From contig OX597821.1 of assembly GCA_951406725.2 (NCBI GenBank), positions 93,124,001 through 93,188,000 on the forward strand: a DNA stretch of 64,000 bases. Direction: 5' to 3'. The position numbers and the translations under genes are program-made. Positions 1-11,950 of the stretch are shown in pieces. The first letter of the stretch is position 1. The number at the start of each line of letters is the position of its first letter. This DNA comes from Octopus vulgaris. Taxonomy: Eukaryota. Under the pieces are notes generated by a model. It was not told the origin of the DNA. It saw only the letters and a list, made by a program, of their open reading frames with translations, and did no database searches.

Positions 1-237
1 CTTATTCAGAGGACTTTTGAGGGGAATGGGCTACTCGACCCGAAGAAAATTGTAACTGGGCGCCACTTGCATGTTCATGCGCTGTTTATCTTGATATGAG
101 ATTACCATATCGCGCACATATGATTGTGATGCATGTACCTGGTGCACCCTTATCAGACGGGTAGTCATGATGGGTATATTGGGTTTCATATATTTTACCC
201 CAGTGTCACTTTGATGGCATGCACTGCTCTCTCACTC
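1..237 (+). mobile_element. 3' part of an unclassified non-coding interspersed repeat ending in (AAT)n
   Basis: Complex non-coding sequence runs straight into a pure (AAT)n tract (...ctctctcactc-aataat). It resembles an abundant octopus repeat as I recall it, but there is only one copy in the window. Confidence 0.35.

Positions 238-306
<69 letters not shown>
238..306. repeat. (AAT)n microsatellite
   Basis: Perfect AAT run of about 23 units. Confidence 0.98.
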
Positions 307-307
<1 letters not shown>

Positions 308-490
308 GTTTCAAATTTTGGCACATGACCAGCAATTTCGGGGGAGGTGTAAGTCGATTACATCGACCCCAGTACTCGACTGATACTTATTTTATCGACG
401 CCGAAAAGATGAAAAACAAAGTCACCTTCGTTTGAGTTTGCACTGAGAACGTAAGGAACATGGAAAAGTGCCGCTACGCAATGCTTCTAG
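307..490 (-). mobile_element. tRNA-derived SINE, family M (Meta-domain-like core), degenerate
   Basis: Reverse complement matches the copies at 16061 and 57597 (...gtaccagttgagtactggggtcgatgtaatcgact...). The 3' end abuts (ATT)n. Confidence 0.75.
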
Positions 491-716
491 ATTTGCATCC
501 TAAACGAAAGCATATTCTTCTTCTCCTAATCTTCTTTCAATTCGTTTTCTAGATCTATTGGTTCGTTTGCTTTCTGAAGAAGTGTGAACTTCAATTTGAC
601 TGGCGTTAGTATGTGTATATGTTGATATACATGGTTTGTTCAAGTATGTAAATATCTGCGTGTGTTCACATGTACATACATACGCACACAGATATGTATA
701 CATTTATACATGTACA

Positions 717-784
<68 letters not shown>

Positions 785-989
785 CACAATATATATAGTA
801 TTGTGTTTTTGCCTCATACTGTAGTGTTTTCTTTTGCCAAATGGTTCTTTGTTATTTTTTCTCTTGCCCTCCAGCATTTAGCAAAGCCCCTACTCGTTTT
901 CCATTTGCTCTGTTACCCTCACTAGCTTGTCAGATTTCAAGTTCTTTTACCTGATAATATACAATTCCAATCTCTGCATCCCTACAAAG

Positions 990-1175
990 ATGAACACCAG
1001 ACCTGAAATTCACAGGGACGAGATTAATCGATACAGTCAACACCAACACTAATACTTAATTGACCCCGTAGAGATGAAAGTCAAAGTTGGCCTCGTCGGA
1101 ATTTGAACTCGGGACATAAAAGAGCTGTAAGATATACTGCAAGGCATTTTGTCTGACACGCTAACCATTCCGCCT
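990..1175 (-). mobile_element. SINE family M, degenerate
   Basis: gatgaaagtcaaagttggcctcgtcggaatttgaactc matches the other family-M copies (B-box gagttcaaattcc on the minus strand). Confidence 0.7.
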
Positions 1176-1739
1176 ATCAATCCCATTCTACTGATAATAA
1201 ATAAGATGTAAATGATACTCGTTCTACTAACAACAATGGTGATAGTGATGATGACGTTAATTAATTAATTAATTAATTAATTATTGCTGCTGTCGTTGTT
1301 GTTGTTGTTGCCGTTGTTGTTGTCGTCGTCGTTGTTGTTGTTGGTTTTTTTGTGGTTATTGTTGTTGTTGTTAGCATACAAAGAGAGAGAGAGAGAGGGG
1401 GGCATTACAAAAGTTAGAATTTAATGAGAAACGACGGTGTGATGGGAGTTCAGCCATTTTAATTAGGAGAATTGATGCAATGATGGCAAGTTTCTTTCTC
1501 CCCAGATGGTTTTTACATTAAGATTAAAGCTGAATGACTGGAACTTGCAGGCTCAGAAGAATTGATCATTTTCAGACATGGGCAGTAAATCTCTTGGTTA
1601 CACTTATGTATGAAAATTGGCAAATTGATAATGGTTAATGACCAGGTTCAAACTCAGTCAAGACATTGAAACGGAGTGATTTTAGAATATCTGGAGAAAA
1701 GTCTAATTACATATAAGTGTTTTCTATTACATACAAAAT

Positions 1740-1780
<41 letters not shown>

Positions 1781-1945
1781 TATATATAAACACATATATA
1801 TATATAAACACAAATATATATATATATATATATATTTACATACTTGAATAAACCATGTATATCAACATATACACATACATGCGTATATATACAAAGAAAT
1901 ATATGAATACATATGTAGATATTTCTGACTGTGCGTATGTGCGCA

Positions 1946-2011
<66 letters not shown>

Positions 2012-2136
2012 TATATGTATGTATATATATATATATATATGAGTCTGTTGAAAGAAAGTTAGTGACAGATAATATACATGCACAGACACTGACACTCACA
2101 AGCACATGCGCACAAACGCAAACACACAAGCACGCA

Positions 2137-2188
<52 letters not shown>

Positions 2189-2732
2189 AGCAATCACACA
2201 CAAACACACACACGTGCTTATCTATCTGAGAAATAGTTCTTCATTAATGCCAATCTTGTTAATGATACATATTTAAAAGCGAATAATTACTTTTAACGAG
2301 ACTTTTGTAGCTACAATTAAGTCTTGGCTCTCGAAGAAGAGAATATAAAAATGGAAATTTTATAAAATAGTTTTAGTAACTCTCGGGGGCCATCATTAGA
2401 AAGGGTTGCTTCAACTAAACCTGGCACATCTTTATCTATTGTCTTTCCACTGTTAAGGCGTTTCTCAGTATCTTCAAATGTTTACTTACATTCTGTACGC
2501 TAAAAATAATTAATGTATCAGCTTGAAGAGGATAGATGGAGCATATGACCCACTTCAATAACTCTAATATGTGGTAGGAAGAAAGGAAAAACCTCGGACT
2601 GACGAAATGGCCCTGATGTCTGCAATATTGCTATTAATACGCAAGGAATCAACTGATGGTGTTTAACTGGGGGACTATTTAACACTACTCGACAATACCT
2701 TTACTTTGTTCATATCTATATATATATATATA

Positions 2733-2972
2733 TTCTTTTATTTGTTTCAGCCTAGTATTTATTCTATCGCACTCTTTCGCCGAACCGCTAAGTTACGGGG
2801 ACGCAAACATAACAATATCGGTTGTCAAGCGATGTTGCGGAGACAAACACAAACACACAAACATACACACACATACACATATACGACGGGCTTCTTTCAG
2901 TTTCCGTCAACCAGATCCACTCACAAGGATTTGGTTAGCCCGAGGTTATAGTAGAAGACGTTTGCCCAAGGT
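2733..2972 (-). mobile_element. OK-like tRNA-derived SINE, 5'-truncated with an internal deletion
   Basis: cttctttcagtttccgtcaaccagatccactcacaagg is the reverse complement of the core of the full-length copy at 3990. Confidence 0.9.
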
Positions 2973-3330
2973 CTCAGTCCTACTACGTGACACATTGAGC
3001 AAGTGTCTTCTGCTATAGCCTCGGGCTGACCAAAGCCTTGTGAGTGGATTTGGAAGACGGAAACTGAAAGAAGCCCGTCGTATATAATATATATATATGT
3101 GTGTATGTGTGTCTGTGTATATGTTTGTGTGTCTGTGTTTGTCCCCCCGCCTCAACATCACTTGATAAGCGATACTGGTGTGTTTACGTCCCAGTAATCT
3201 AGCGGTTCGGCAAAAGAGAATAAGTACCAGGCTTACAAAGAATAAGTCCTGGATTCGATTTGCTCGACTAAAGGCGGTGCTCCAGCATGGCCACAGTCAA
3301 ATGACTGAAGCCAATAAAAGAATAAAAGAA
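2973..3330 (+). mobile_element. OK-like SINE, 5'-truncated
   Basis: Core gccttgtgagtggatttggaagacggaaactgaaagaagcccgtcg and tail ggcggtgctccagcatggccacagtcaaatgactgaa. Confidence 0.9.
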
Positions 3331-3372
3331 TATATGTATGTATGCATATATGTGCGTGTGTGTGTATACTAC

Positions 3373-3454
<82 letters not shown>

Positions 3455-3461
3455 ATTGATT

Positions 3462-3541
<80 letters not shown>

Positions 3542-3542
3542 T
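3373..3542. repeat. (GATA)n microsatellite
   Basis: Long near-perfect AGAT run. Confidence 0.97.
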
Positions 3543-3584
3543 ACATATATAAGTACATATATATACATACACACACACATACAT

Positions 3585-3980
<396 letters not shown>

Positions 3981-3989
3981 ATATATATA

Positions 3990-4397
3990 GGCGCGGGAGT
4001 GGCTGTGTGGTAAGTAGCTTGCTAACCAACCACATGGTTCCGGGTTCAGTCCCACTGTGTGACATCTTGGGCAAGTGTCTTCTACTATAGCCTCGGGCCG
4101 ACCAATGCCTTGTGAGTGGATTTGGTAGACGGAAACTGAAAGAAGCCTGTCGTATATATATATGTATATTTATGTGTGTGTGTGTCTGTGTTTGTCCCCC
4201 TAGCATTGCTTGACAACCGATGCTGATGTGTTTACGTCCCCGTCACTTAGCAGTTCGGCAAAAAGAGACCGATAGGATAAGTACTGGGCTTACAAAGAAT
4301 AAGTCCCGGGGTCAATTTGTTCGACTAAAGGCGGTGCTCCAGCATGGCCGCAGTCAAATGACTGAAACAAGTAAAAGAGTAAAGAGTATAAAGAGTA
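3990..4397 (+). mobile_element. Full-length OK-like tRNA-derived SINE (~410 bp)
   Basis: Head ggcgcgggagtggctgtgtggtaag (A-box) and ccgggttcagtccc (B-box), conserved core, internal (TA)n(TG)n, tail stem-loop and (agtaaaag)n end. More than six related copies in the window. Confidence 0.95.
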
Positions 4398-4639
4398 TAT
4401 ATATATATATGTGTGTGTGTGTATTTACAGGGCAAGACTTTCTTTGTAGTTTGATCGTTGATGATCTATTTCTAGCATGCGGCAGACTACCTAGCAGTCT
4501 TGCCCTGTAAATATACACATGTATTAGAATTTTCTCTGATTTTTCAGATTTTTTGTATGCTAGACTACTGGTTTTAAATTGATATTAAAATTAATATTAA
4601 TTTATCTCCCTCATTATATATATATATATATATTCGCCT

Positions 4640-4860
4640 GTTGAGGTGCGTAAGTTAGTGATTAATGTATTGCACTTGTTATCGTAGGATTGTGGTTTCA
4701 ATTCCTGGACCGGGTATTACGTTGTATTCTTGAGCAACACAACGTAACACCCGGTCCTCTCAGCTGACAAAAATGAGTAACCCCTCGACAACCAGCATTA
4801 CGTCCAGCAGGGGAATATATACGCCACAAAATCAAGGCAACACGATTTTGTGAGCCTATC
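4640..4860 (+). mobile_element. OR2-like CORE-type SINE with tail Y, degenerate
   Basis: B-box ggtttcaattcc, CORE-like ttgtattcttgagcaacac...ctcagctgacaaaaatgagtaa. The tail matches the copy at 40560-40783. Confidence 0.65.
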
Positions 4861-6279
4861 ATTTTCTTCATTGATACATAAACCTACGTGTTAGATATTA
4901 AAGCATAGCAAATTTAACTATTTGTTCGGAGATTGAAAAAATTACGAACACCCTCAATCGATTTTCCATCTTCCTTAGAGTCGAGTGGGTGTGCAGGCAT
5001 GTCTGGCCGATCAAGAAATATTCCTCATAACTGCGTAGTTTTGAGTTCGGCCTGACTTCAGATCTTTGAGTGAATGTCTTATACTATAGCACTAGGTAGT
5101 CCAGTGAATGCATAGGCTTGGTAGACGGAAACTGCAGGAAGCCTATCAAATATATGTGTATGTGCACAAATTGACACGAATATTAATATTCTATTCTTGT
5201 CACTGGTTGATCGAAGCATTGGTTAGGATAAGGTTCTTATAACAGTTTACTCTGCACATTCGAAGGCTTATAGAACAAAAAATCTTTTACTGGAAACGAT
5301 ATAAGAGTCGTTGATGAGAAGTGCATCCGGCTATAAGATCCTGCCTCAGTTTACTTTCCGTCCGAACCCTTGCCAACAGTGGAAAACGGACGTTACACAA
5401 ACAAATCAATGTAATATACTATCATTATCTCCTCAATTCACTAATTCTGTTGTTCTTTATATATGGCATCATAAGCACCAATTTGAGGTGTGAAAAAACC
5501 GAAATACCACTAAGAAGACTTACACCATGAACTATAGATCAGTTCTCATGCGACTGCATTGTCAATTATATAACAGTGGCGTTATTCTATTTTCTCAAAT
5601 TACATCTATACTGTAATAAAGAAGTGTAAATTGATTTTGCTTGGTAGTTAATTGATTATTGTATTGCGTTGCTTTTATTTTCTCTGCAAATATAAATGGT
5701 TTAAAGTAATCTAAAAATTGTTACAAGTAGTGTAATATCAAAGAAAACTGGGGATTTACTCGTGTCTCATTCCGAATAGTGATATCTGATAATCTCTCTC
5801 AAAGCTTTCCAACATTTAACCATTTTCTTAAGCAAAGAAATAGCTCATGTGATTTGAAATAGATATAAGTAAGGACATTCTAGTGTGTTTTTCTGTGAAT
5901 ATTAAGAAAACGTTAGTGGAGAAAGAAAGAGTAAGAAAGGTATCAACTGTCTCAACCAGCCAAAGAGCTAAAAGGAAATATAAAACTAGTGTGCAGGGCT
6001 TCTTTTTCTAGATATCTTCCAGCTTTTCTATTAATCTAATTTACACTCTGTTTACTTTTCTGTCCTCCTGCTACACCCCTGCTTACTTTGCCTTACTCCT
6101 TCCTTCCTTTTTGTCTTCTCTCTCTCTCTCTTCAACTTTTTTCTCTCTCTCTCTCTTTCTATCTTTTACTCCCTCTCTCTCTCCTTCTTCTGTCTTTTAG
6201 TTGTAAGCAGAAACATCTTCCTTCTTGCATCTATCACAAAACAATATTTAGACTAACAGTTATATAGGAAAAAGCTACC

Positions 6280-6475
6280 TGTGTTCAAGCCAGGCTCTGA
6301 TCAAGCAGAGATACGATCAGAAGCAATCCAACGGTGACCACTCTTTCCTCCTTTTCTTAGAATTATATACATAAAGATATTATCGAATGATTCCTCTCTT
6401 ATTTAAGAAGGAAGGGTGATTTGAGAGAAATTATTCAGTCATCTTTAGCAAGGTGGGCAACCATGTAAAGCCTAA
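6280..6475 (+). mobile_element. Unclassified ~200-bp interspersed repeat (family R)
   Basis: Aligns by eye with 7090-7285 (+) and 17890-18075 (-): ctctgatcaagcaga...tgatttgagagaaa...tctttagcaaggt. Confidence 0.6.
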
Positions 6476-6594
6476 CTTATTAACTCCATATCATATTTAG
6501 GCCGTGGATACTTTCTACTTGTTGCTGTTCTAGTTATTGTTTAATTCCAGATAAATTATAATCAAGTTGGTGTGCGATCAGTGTTGTAACCATT

Positions 6595-6811
6595 GCATCT
6601 ATTTTTGTATGTGACCTCGTGTGTACCGTTGGCGATTTTTTTCCTCTGTCTTCCCTTCTCTGGATCTTTCCTTCTCCTATGGTTCCGACGAGGAGCTGCG
6701 CTCGAAATGTTAAACCCTCCTTCTTTCCGTCTTTCCTGAGCGTCCAATAATACTATATTTGTTCCTCGTCCTCGCGTTGTTGTGTTTTTTTGTGCTTTCT
6801 TGTTTGGATTA

Positions 6812-6816
<5 letters not shown>
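6595..6816 (+). mobile_element. Short PLE terminal-repeat (pLTR)-like fragment abutting (TA)n
   Basis: Pyrimidine-rich unit that carries a minimal hammerhead motif and ends directly at a (TA)n tract. Confidence 0.55.
6681..6716 (+). ncRNA. Minimal type I hammerhead ribozyme candidate (U4C core variant)
   Basis: Stem I GGTT/AACC; CCGACGA in place of CUGANGA; G; stem II GAGC-tgc-GCTC; GAAA; TGTTA. Confidence 0.6.
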
Positions 6817-6898
<82 letters not shown>

Positions 6899-6899
6899 G

Positions 6900-6939
<40 letters not shown>

Positions 6940-7089
6940 TATATATTGTATATCTTATATATACTGGCTTATGTGGACTTCTTTAATGTGTGATTTTAAG
7001 GAGGTTCGGCTGATATTTCTAGAAATCCAAACAATTACGAAGAGGCTCCTGCAAGGGCTTAAGAAAAAGGTACAGAAATATAGCTGGAG

Positions 7090-7285
7090 GTGTTTAGTCG
7101 CAGATCAGCTCTGCTTGAGCAGACACATCATCGAAGAGGTTTCAGACATGATGATTCTGTCATCTTAAAGATATATTAAAATACATTAATCAGTATGTCC
7201 TTCGCCTTTTCATCACAGTAGTGTAGGCTTTGAGGGAAACTTGGTTGCTATTTCTAACAGGCCAAACTGCCACTTTGAGGTTATT
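7090..7285 (+). mobile_element. Family R repeat copy
   Basis: Similar to 6280-6475 (cagctctgcttgagcaga...ttggttgctatttctaacagg). Confidence 0.6.
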
Positions 7286-7399
7286 TCGACGACTGTAAGA
7301 ATTTAGTCTAAGTACATTAGTTACTAAGTACTTTCTCGTCTTTCGTTTACAAACTGTAACTTTTGACTATAAGAATCCCTTCTGGAGAGATGAGCTTTC

Positions 7400-8950
7400 T
7401 TTACGAATCGAGATGTAAACGGAATGTGAAATAGCATACACTCGGATATTAAAAATATTAATATAGAAGAAATACCTGGAATGTCTTATCTCCAATGCAG
7501 TATATTTAAGTAGCTGTACGCATAAGCACAAAAAGGCAACGATGATATATCCTCAAGAGAAACGTTCGACTTCTAAACTTACAATTGAAGCCGAATATTC
7601 TTCACAGCTCAAGAAGTGAGAAACACGCGAAAAAGACACAATGAAGAAGATAAGGTTTATATATTAAAGAAATAACTTCCAAAATAAACTGCACTCAGAT
7701 ATCAAATAACTATGGATGTAGGGAAAAATCTTCGTCTTCCCAGATAAAAGAAACTATGTGTAAGAGACATACATATCAAGCAAAGACTTCTTTAACAGCA
7801 GAAGTAAGACAAAAAAAGTAAACAGTAGTACATACTACGCAGTCAGTAGAGAAGCATAGGAATTAGAAAGTTTGCAGGTAAATAGGAATACTTAGTAAAG
7901 TGGTAAAACATACATCTCATTAAGATTGAATTTCGTAGTGCTCCAGTCTGGGTAGAGAAAGAACACGATTAGTTTTTCAATATCACCGTGGAATCTTATG
8001 ACTAAGTAGATACACGTAAGCTACCCGGACAATATATACTAGGAAAACCAAGCAAGAGATTCGACCTCGGCAACACAGGCTTCTAAGAAGTTGATAATAT
8101 GGGTAATTTCTCACAATATGAGCGGTCATGAATTATGCATATTTGGAAAATAGGTAATATTTTCAGTGACACTATCTTTTGAATCGCTGTCCTAAACAAC
8201 CCACCTGTAACAATTTCCCTAGCGAACCACTAAACCTAACAATATAAAAAAAAAACTTCTAGAAAATCGGGTCAAGCTTTGGTATAAACAAGCAAAGTTT
8301 GTAACCACCCACTTTGATAATAATAATCAATAATATAATCGGAGAATCCCCGCAAAGCTCGCTGACAAAGCAATATTCGAACAAGCAACACCACTTAGAA
8401 ACTTTAATATGAGTTCAAAGGAAAATTAGATTGCTTACACAAATTCACACAAACAAACCAAAGCAAAATTGAACCTGAATTGTTATCTTTCAATTCGCCT
8501 TTAAGCCAAAAATGTAGTGACAAATTTTGTTGCTAAGACAAATCACTAAGCAGTTCCCAACAGGCCACAAATACCATAAACAGGAACAACAGGAAAGGTA
8601 TCTATAGCTGCATAAGAAATCTAAAATACACATCGACCTGCACAGCCCATATTCAAAGTTAGATATAAATTCATTAGATTAAATCCATGTGTATTCAGTG
8701 GAAATTAACGTAAAAGGAAATAGTCTACAAAGAAACACTTCTGCCAACCGATAAAACTATACTGGACCAACAAGTGGAATGTTCTCAGTAAGATACAACC
8801 AGTAAACTCGTGTTTTGCAATAATTACAAAAGAAACGCAGTAGTTATCAACGAACACATAGGTCTTAAGAAAGAATGATATAAGTATGAAGTGGTCAACG
8901 AGAAACAGCGCAAGCTGTTAAGTGAAAGATTCCAGTAGATGGCTTCTGTA
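7400..8950 (+). mobile_element. Highly decayed Penelope-like element (Naiad-type RT-to-endonuclease linker)
   Basis: Broken translations FNSPLSQ (~8489), KQFPTGHKYHK and NRNNRKGIYSCIRNLK (8548-8626) resemble the WFNPPFS...FP..H...KIFNRNTVKVSYSC pattern. Many stops and frameshifts; edges uncertain. Confidence 0.5.
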
Positions 8951-9220
8951 CACCACAGTAAAATTCTAGATAATTATGCAGTAAATATATTTGACCAATC
9001 GAAGAAATGAGATGACGCTATGTTAGCCACTCCAGAATAAATTCATTTCTAATGACTAGTCTGAATATTGCGAGCAATATTCTAATTAATAAATGTGGAG
9101 ATGGTAGCAGAGGCTCAGCAATGCTAAATCTCAGCAAGATTACATTTTAGACCGACTATAAAAATTAACAAATTAACCAAAGAAAACGTAAAGCAATTTC
9201 GATATATCAGATGCAATGAC

Positions 9221-9221
<1 letters not shown>

Positions 9222-9296
<75 letters not shown>

Positions 9297-9349
9297 AGGA
9301 AAGAAAGAAGAAAGAAGGAAAAGAAAGAAAGAAAGAAAGAAAGAAAGAA

Positions 9350-9380
<31 letters not shown>

Positions 9381-9396
9381 GAAAGAAAGAAAGAAG

Positions 9397-9450
<54 letters not shown>

Positions 9451-9463
9451 AGGAAGGAAGAAA

Positions 9464-9500
<37 letters not shown>

Positions 9501-9579
9501 GAAGAAAGGAAGAAAGAAAGGAAGAAAGAAAGGAAGAAAGAAGGAAAGAAAGAAAGAAGGGAAGAAAGAAAGAAAGAAG

Positions 9580-9629
<50 letters not shown>

Positions 9630-9630
9630 A
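9222..9630. repeat. (GAAA)n polypurine tract
   Basis: About 400 bp of G/A-only sequence. Confidence 0.97.
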
Positions 9631-9977
9631 TCATGAAAACACAAAAATATTTAACGATGTCAGACAGATATACGACTAAATCAATACAGACAAAAAAAAT
9701 CATAATTTAGTGAACCTGGATATAACAAAATTGACCAATTGAGTCAAAACAACGGTTTAATTGAACAAGAAAAATGAAAAAAAAAAAAAAACAGAGACAA
9801 CAGGATAATAATAAGTCAGCATCTTCAGTAAATCAACAGATGCGAAATGAATGGCAATCTGGAGAAACTCGGTTTAGTAACGAAATCCACTATGACAAAA
9901 GAAATGACGAAATAGTTAATGAAATGCAATAACATGGCAATATTTGGGAAAAAAAGCTATCTCAAGAATTTATTTAA

Positions 9978-10284
9978 CTAGCAGTATCGCCCGGCGTTGC
10001 TCGGGTTTGTAAGGGAAATAACTATATAAGCATTTTTAGAGAGTTACTTCCCTTATATAAACCGAGCAAAAAATGCATTTATAATCCGAAAAAATTATGG
10101 TAAATTTTTTTTAATCGTAGACTCATCGTAGACGCGCGCTAATACCCAGAAGGGCTCGATATGAATCACGACTATAAGATACCCGCTTTTGGTTAAACTG
10201 CACCGCAAAATGTGGGAGTAGTAAGGAATCTAAATCGGAGAAGACAGACTCTCACACACACAACTTCAGTTTTATATTTAAAGA
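9978..10284 (-). mobile_element. Non-autonomous Helitron
   Basis: Minus strand begins A|TCTTTAAATATAAAA and ends with hairpin cccgagcaacgccggg followed by CTAG|T, i.e. insertion into AT with no TSD. Second copy at 39936. Confidence 0.9.
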
Positions 10285-10685
10285 TTACTACTCGAAGAAA
10301 CTAAGAGTTACCCACAGAAGAACAAGTATTTACACCTAAAAGTACTCATCTGAAAAATCATAGTGATGTGAAAATCTGAAAATTGAGTCTCAGAGAAGAT
10401 AAATATAACCACACATAGAAGATATGAGCGAGGTGACTTCATTCGTTTACGAAAATAACGATGAATTATATTCTAAAAGGGAAATGTGGTGCAACACCTT
10501 CCAATTAGAGAAACGAACAGTGAATAATACCGTCAATTAATGGTGAAATTCCTTAATTGCACGGCGTTGGGAAGTATATAGACTATCCTTCCGTACCACC
10601 ATTAATGCTAATAGTACTAAAAATAACAAACTATCATACATTCTTTCGGGAATTGTTCAGCCTCTGGTAGAGATTTAGAAAGATG

Positions 10686-11950
10686 TACAAGGTGTCCGAT
10701 CTAAAATAGACCATTTTTTTAATACCTCTTTTTGGGGCGGGGGGCAGCTTGATATATTGAAGAACTCAGCGGTGTTTGAGAGCATAAAGACTAAAATTGT
10801 AGTTGAGAAAAAATTAACTGATGTGGTGGACATCTGAATATTTGAAAAAGTTACCGCTCGACTAAAGGCGGTGCTCCAGCATGGCCACAGTCAAATGACT
10901 GAAACAAGTAAAAGAGTAAAAGAGTATATCATGATGATTCGTGACACTTTAGTTTCGTTTTCCGTCTTTTGTTTTCCGTTGTTTACTGTCTGAGGGGGAC
11001 GGGATAAACAAGCTGTATCGACTTGCTATAAAAGCAAGTAGGAGTTTTACCATGTCCTTATTCTTAGTGAAAGTTTTGAAGAGTGCAGTTCGATTTTAAC
11101 AGTTATTTCTTCAATGCTACGATGGAAGTGACAAAGGAACATATTCGGCATATTTTGCTTTATGAGTTCAATAAAGGCAACAACGCAACACAAACTGCAA
11201 GGAAAACTAATGCAGTAAATGGGGATCGGACAATAAGTGTAAGGCAGTGCCAACGGTGGTTCTAGAAATTCCAAGCCGAAAACTATAGCCCAGAAGACGA
11301 GCCTTGTCCTGGAAGATCTGTAGAGCTCGACGAGGACGTCCTGCAAACCCTGGTGGAACAAAGTCCCTTCGTAACTGTTGAGGAACGTGCAGAGAAGCTT
11401 GGATTTAATCATTCAACAATTCATCGACACCTACGTGCCATCGGAAAAGTCAGCAACTTGGGTCAGTGGGTTCCTCACAAACTTTCCGATTCTAATCGCG
11501 CGCAGAGAGTAAATGTGTGCTCCTCTTTGCTGTCACGTCCCACGAATGAACCATTTTTGGACCGAATAGTGACTGGTGAAGAGAAATGGGTTCTCTATAA
11601 AAATGTCAAGCGCCGAAGACAGTGGGTAGGGAAAGAAGAAACACCAGCACCCCAGACTCAAGAGGGTCTTCACCCATGTAAAGTGTTGTTATCTGCTTGG
11701 GAGAATATGAAAGGTTTAGTCCGCTTTGAACTTTTAAACTCAAACCAAACGATAACAAAGGAGATCTACAGCAAGCAGCTTGAGTGGCCTAAGTCAGCGC
11801 TAGAAGAGAAACGATCATCTTTGCTTTCAAGACGAAAGGTATTCTTCTGTCAGGATAATGCTCATACTGCGAGGATGACATTCCAAAGGCTGGAGCAGTT
11901 TGGATGGGAAACGATGCCCCACCCACCATATTCGCCGGACATTGTCACTC
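10686..11950 (+). mobile_element. Mariner transposon, 3'-truncated, with an OK-like SINE tail inserted at 10856-10925
   Basis: TA-CAAGGTGTCCG TIR-like start followed by a transposase pseudogene. The link between this left end and the ORF is inferred. Confidence 0.75.
11122..11950 (+). pseudogene. Mariner transposase pseudogene
   Basis: One frame: MEVTKEHIRHILLYEF...QRWF*KF...WVPHKL...IVTGEEKW (first catalytic D to E)...QDNA...HPPYSPDI, then truncated. Confidence 0.95.

Noticed and set aside
1490-1565. Strong-looking splice acceptor tttctttctccccag|ATG in unique sequence
   Set aside because: All three frames stop within about 20 codons and no convincing donor follows; a non-coding exon cannot be excluded.
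2589-2660. CTGACGA and CTGATGT followed by a weak hairpin
   Set aside because: No GAAA core or closing stem I; too degenerate to call a hammerhead.
3990-4070. tRNA-like A/B boxes here and at 56159, 53418 and 57597
   Set aside because: These are SINE heads continuing into repeat bodies; no complete cloverleaf.
9216-9710. 164-aa K/E/R-rich ORF
   Set aside because: Translation of (GAAA)n.
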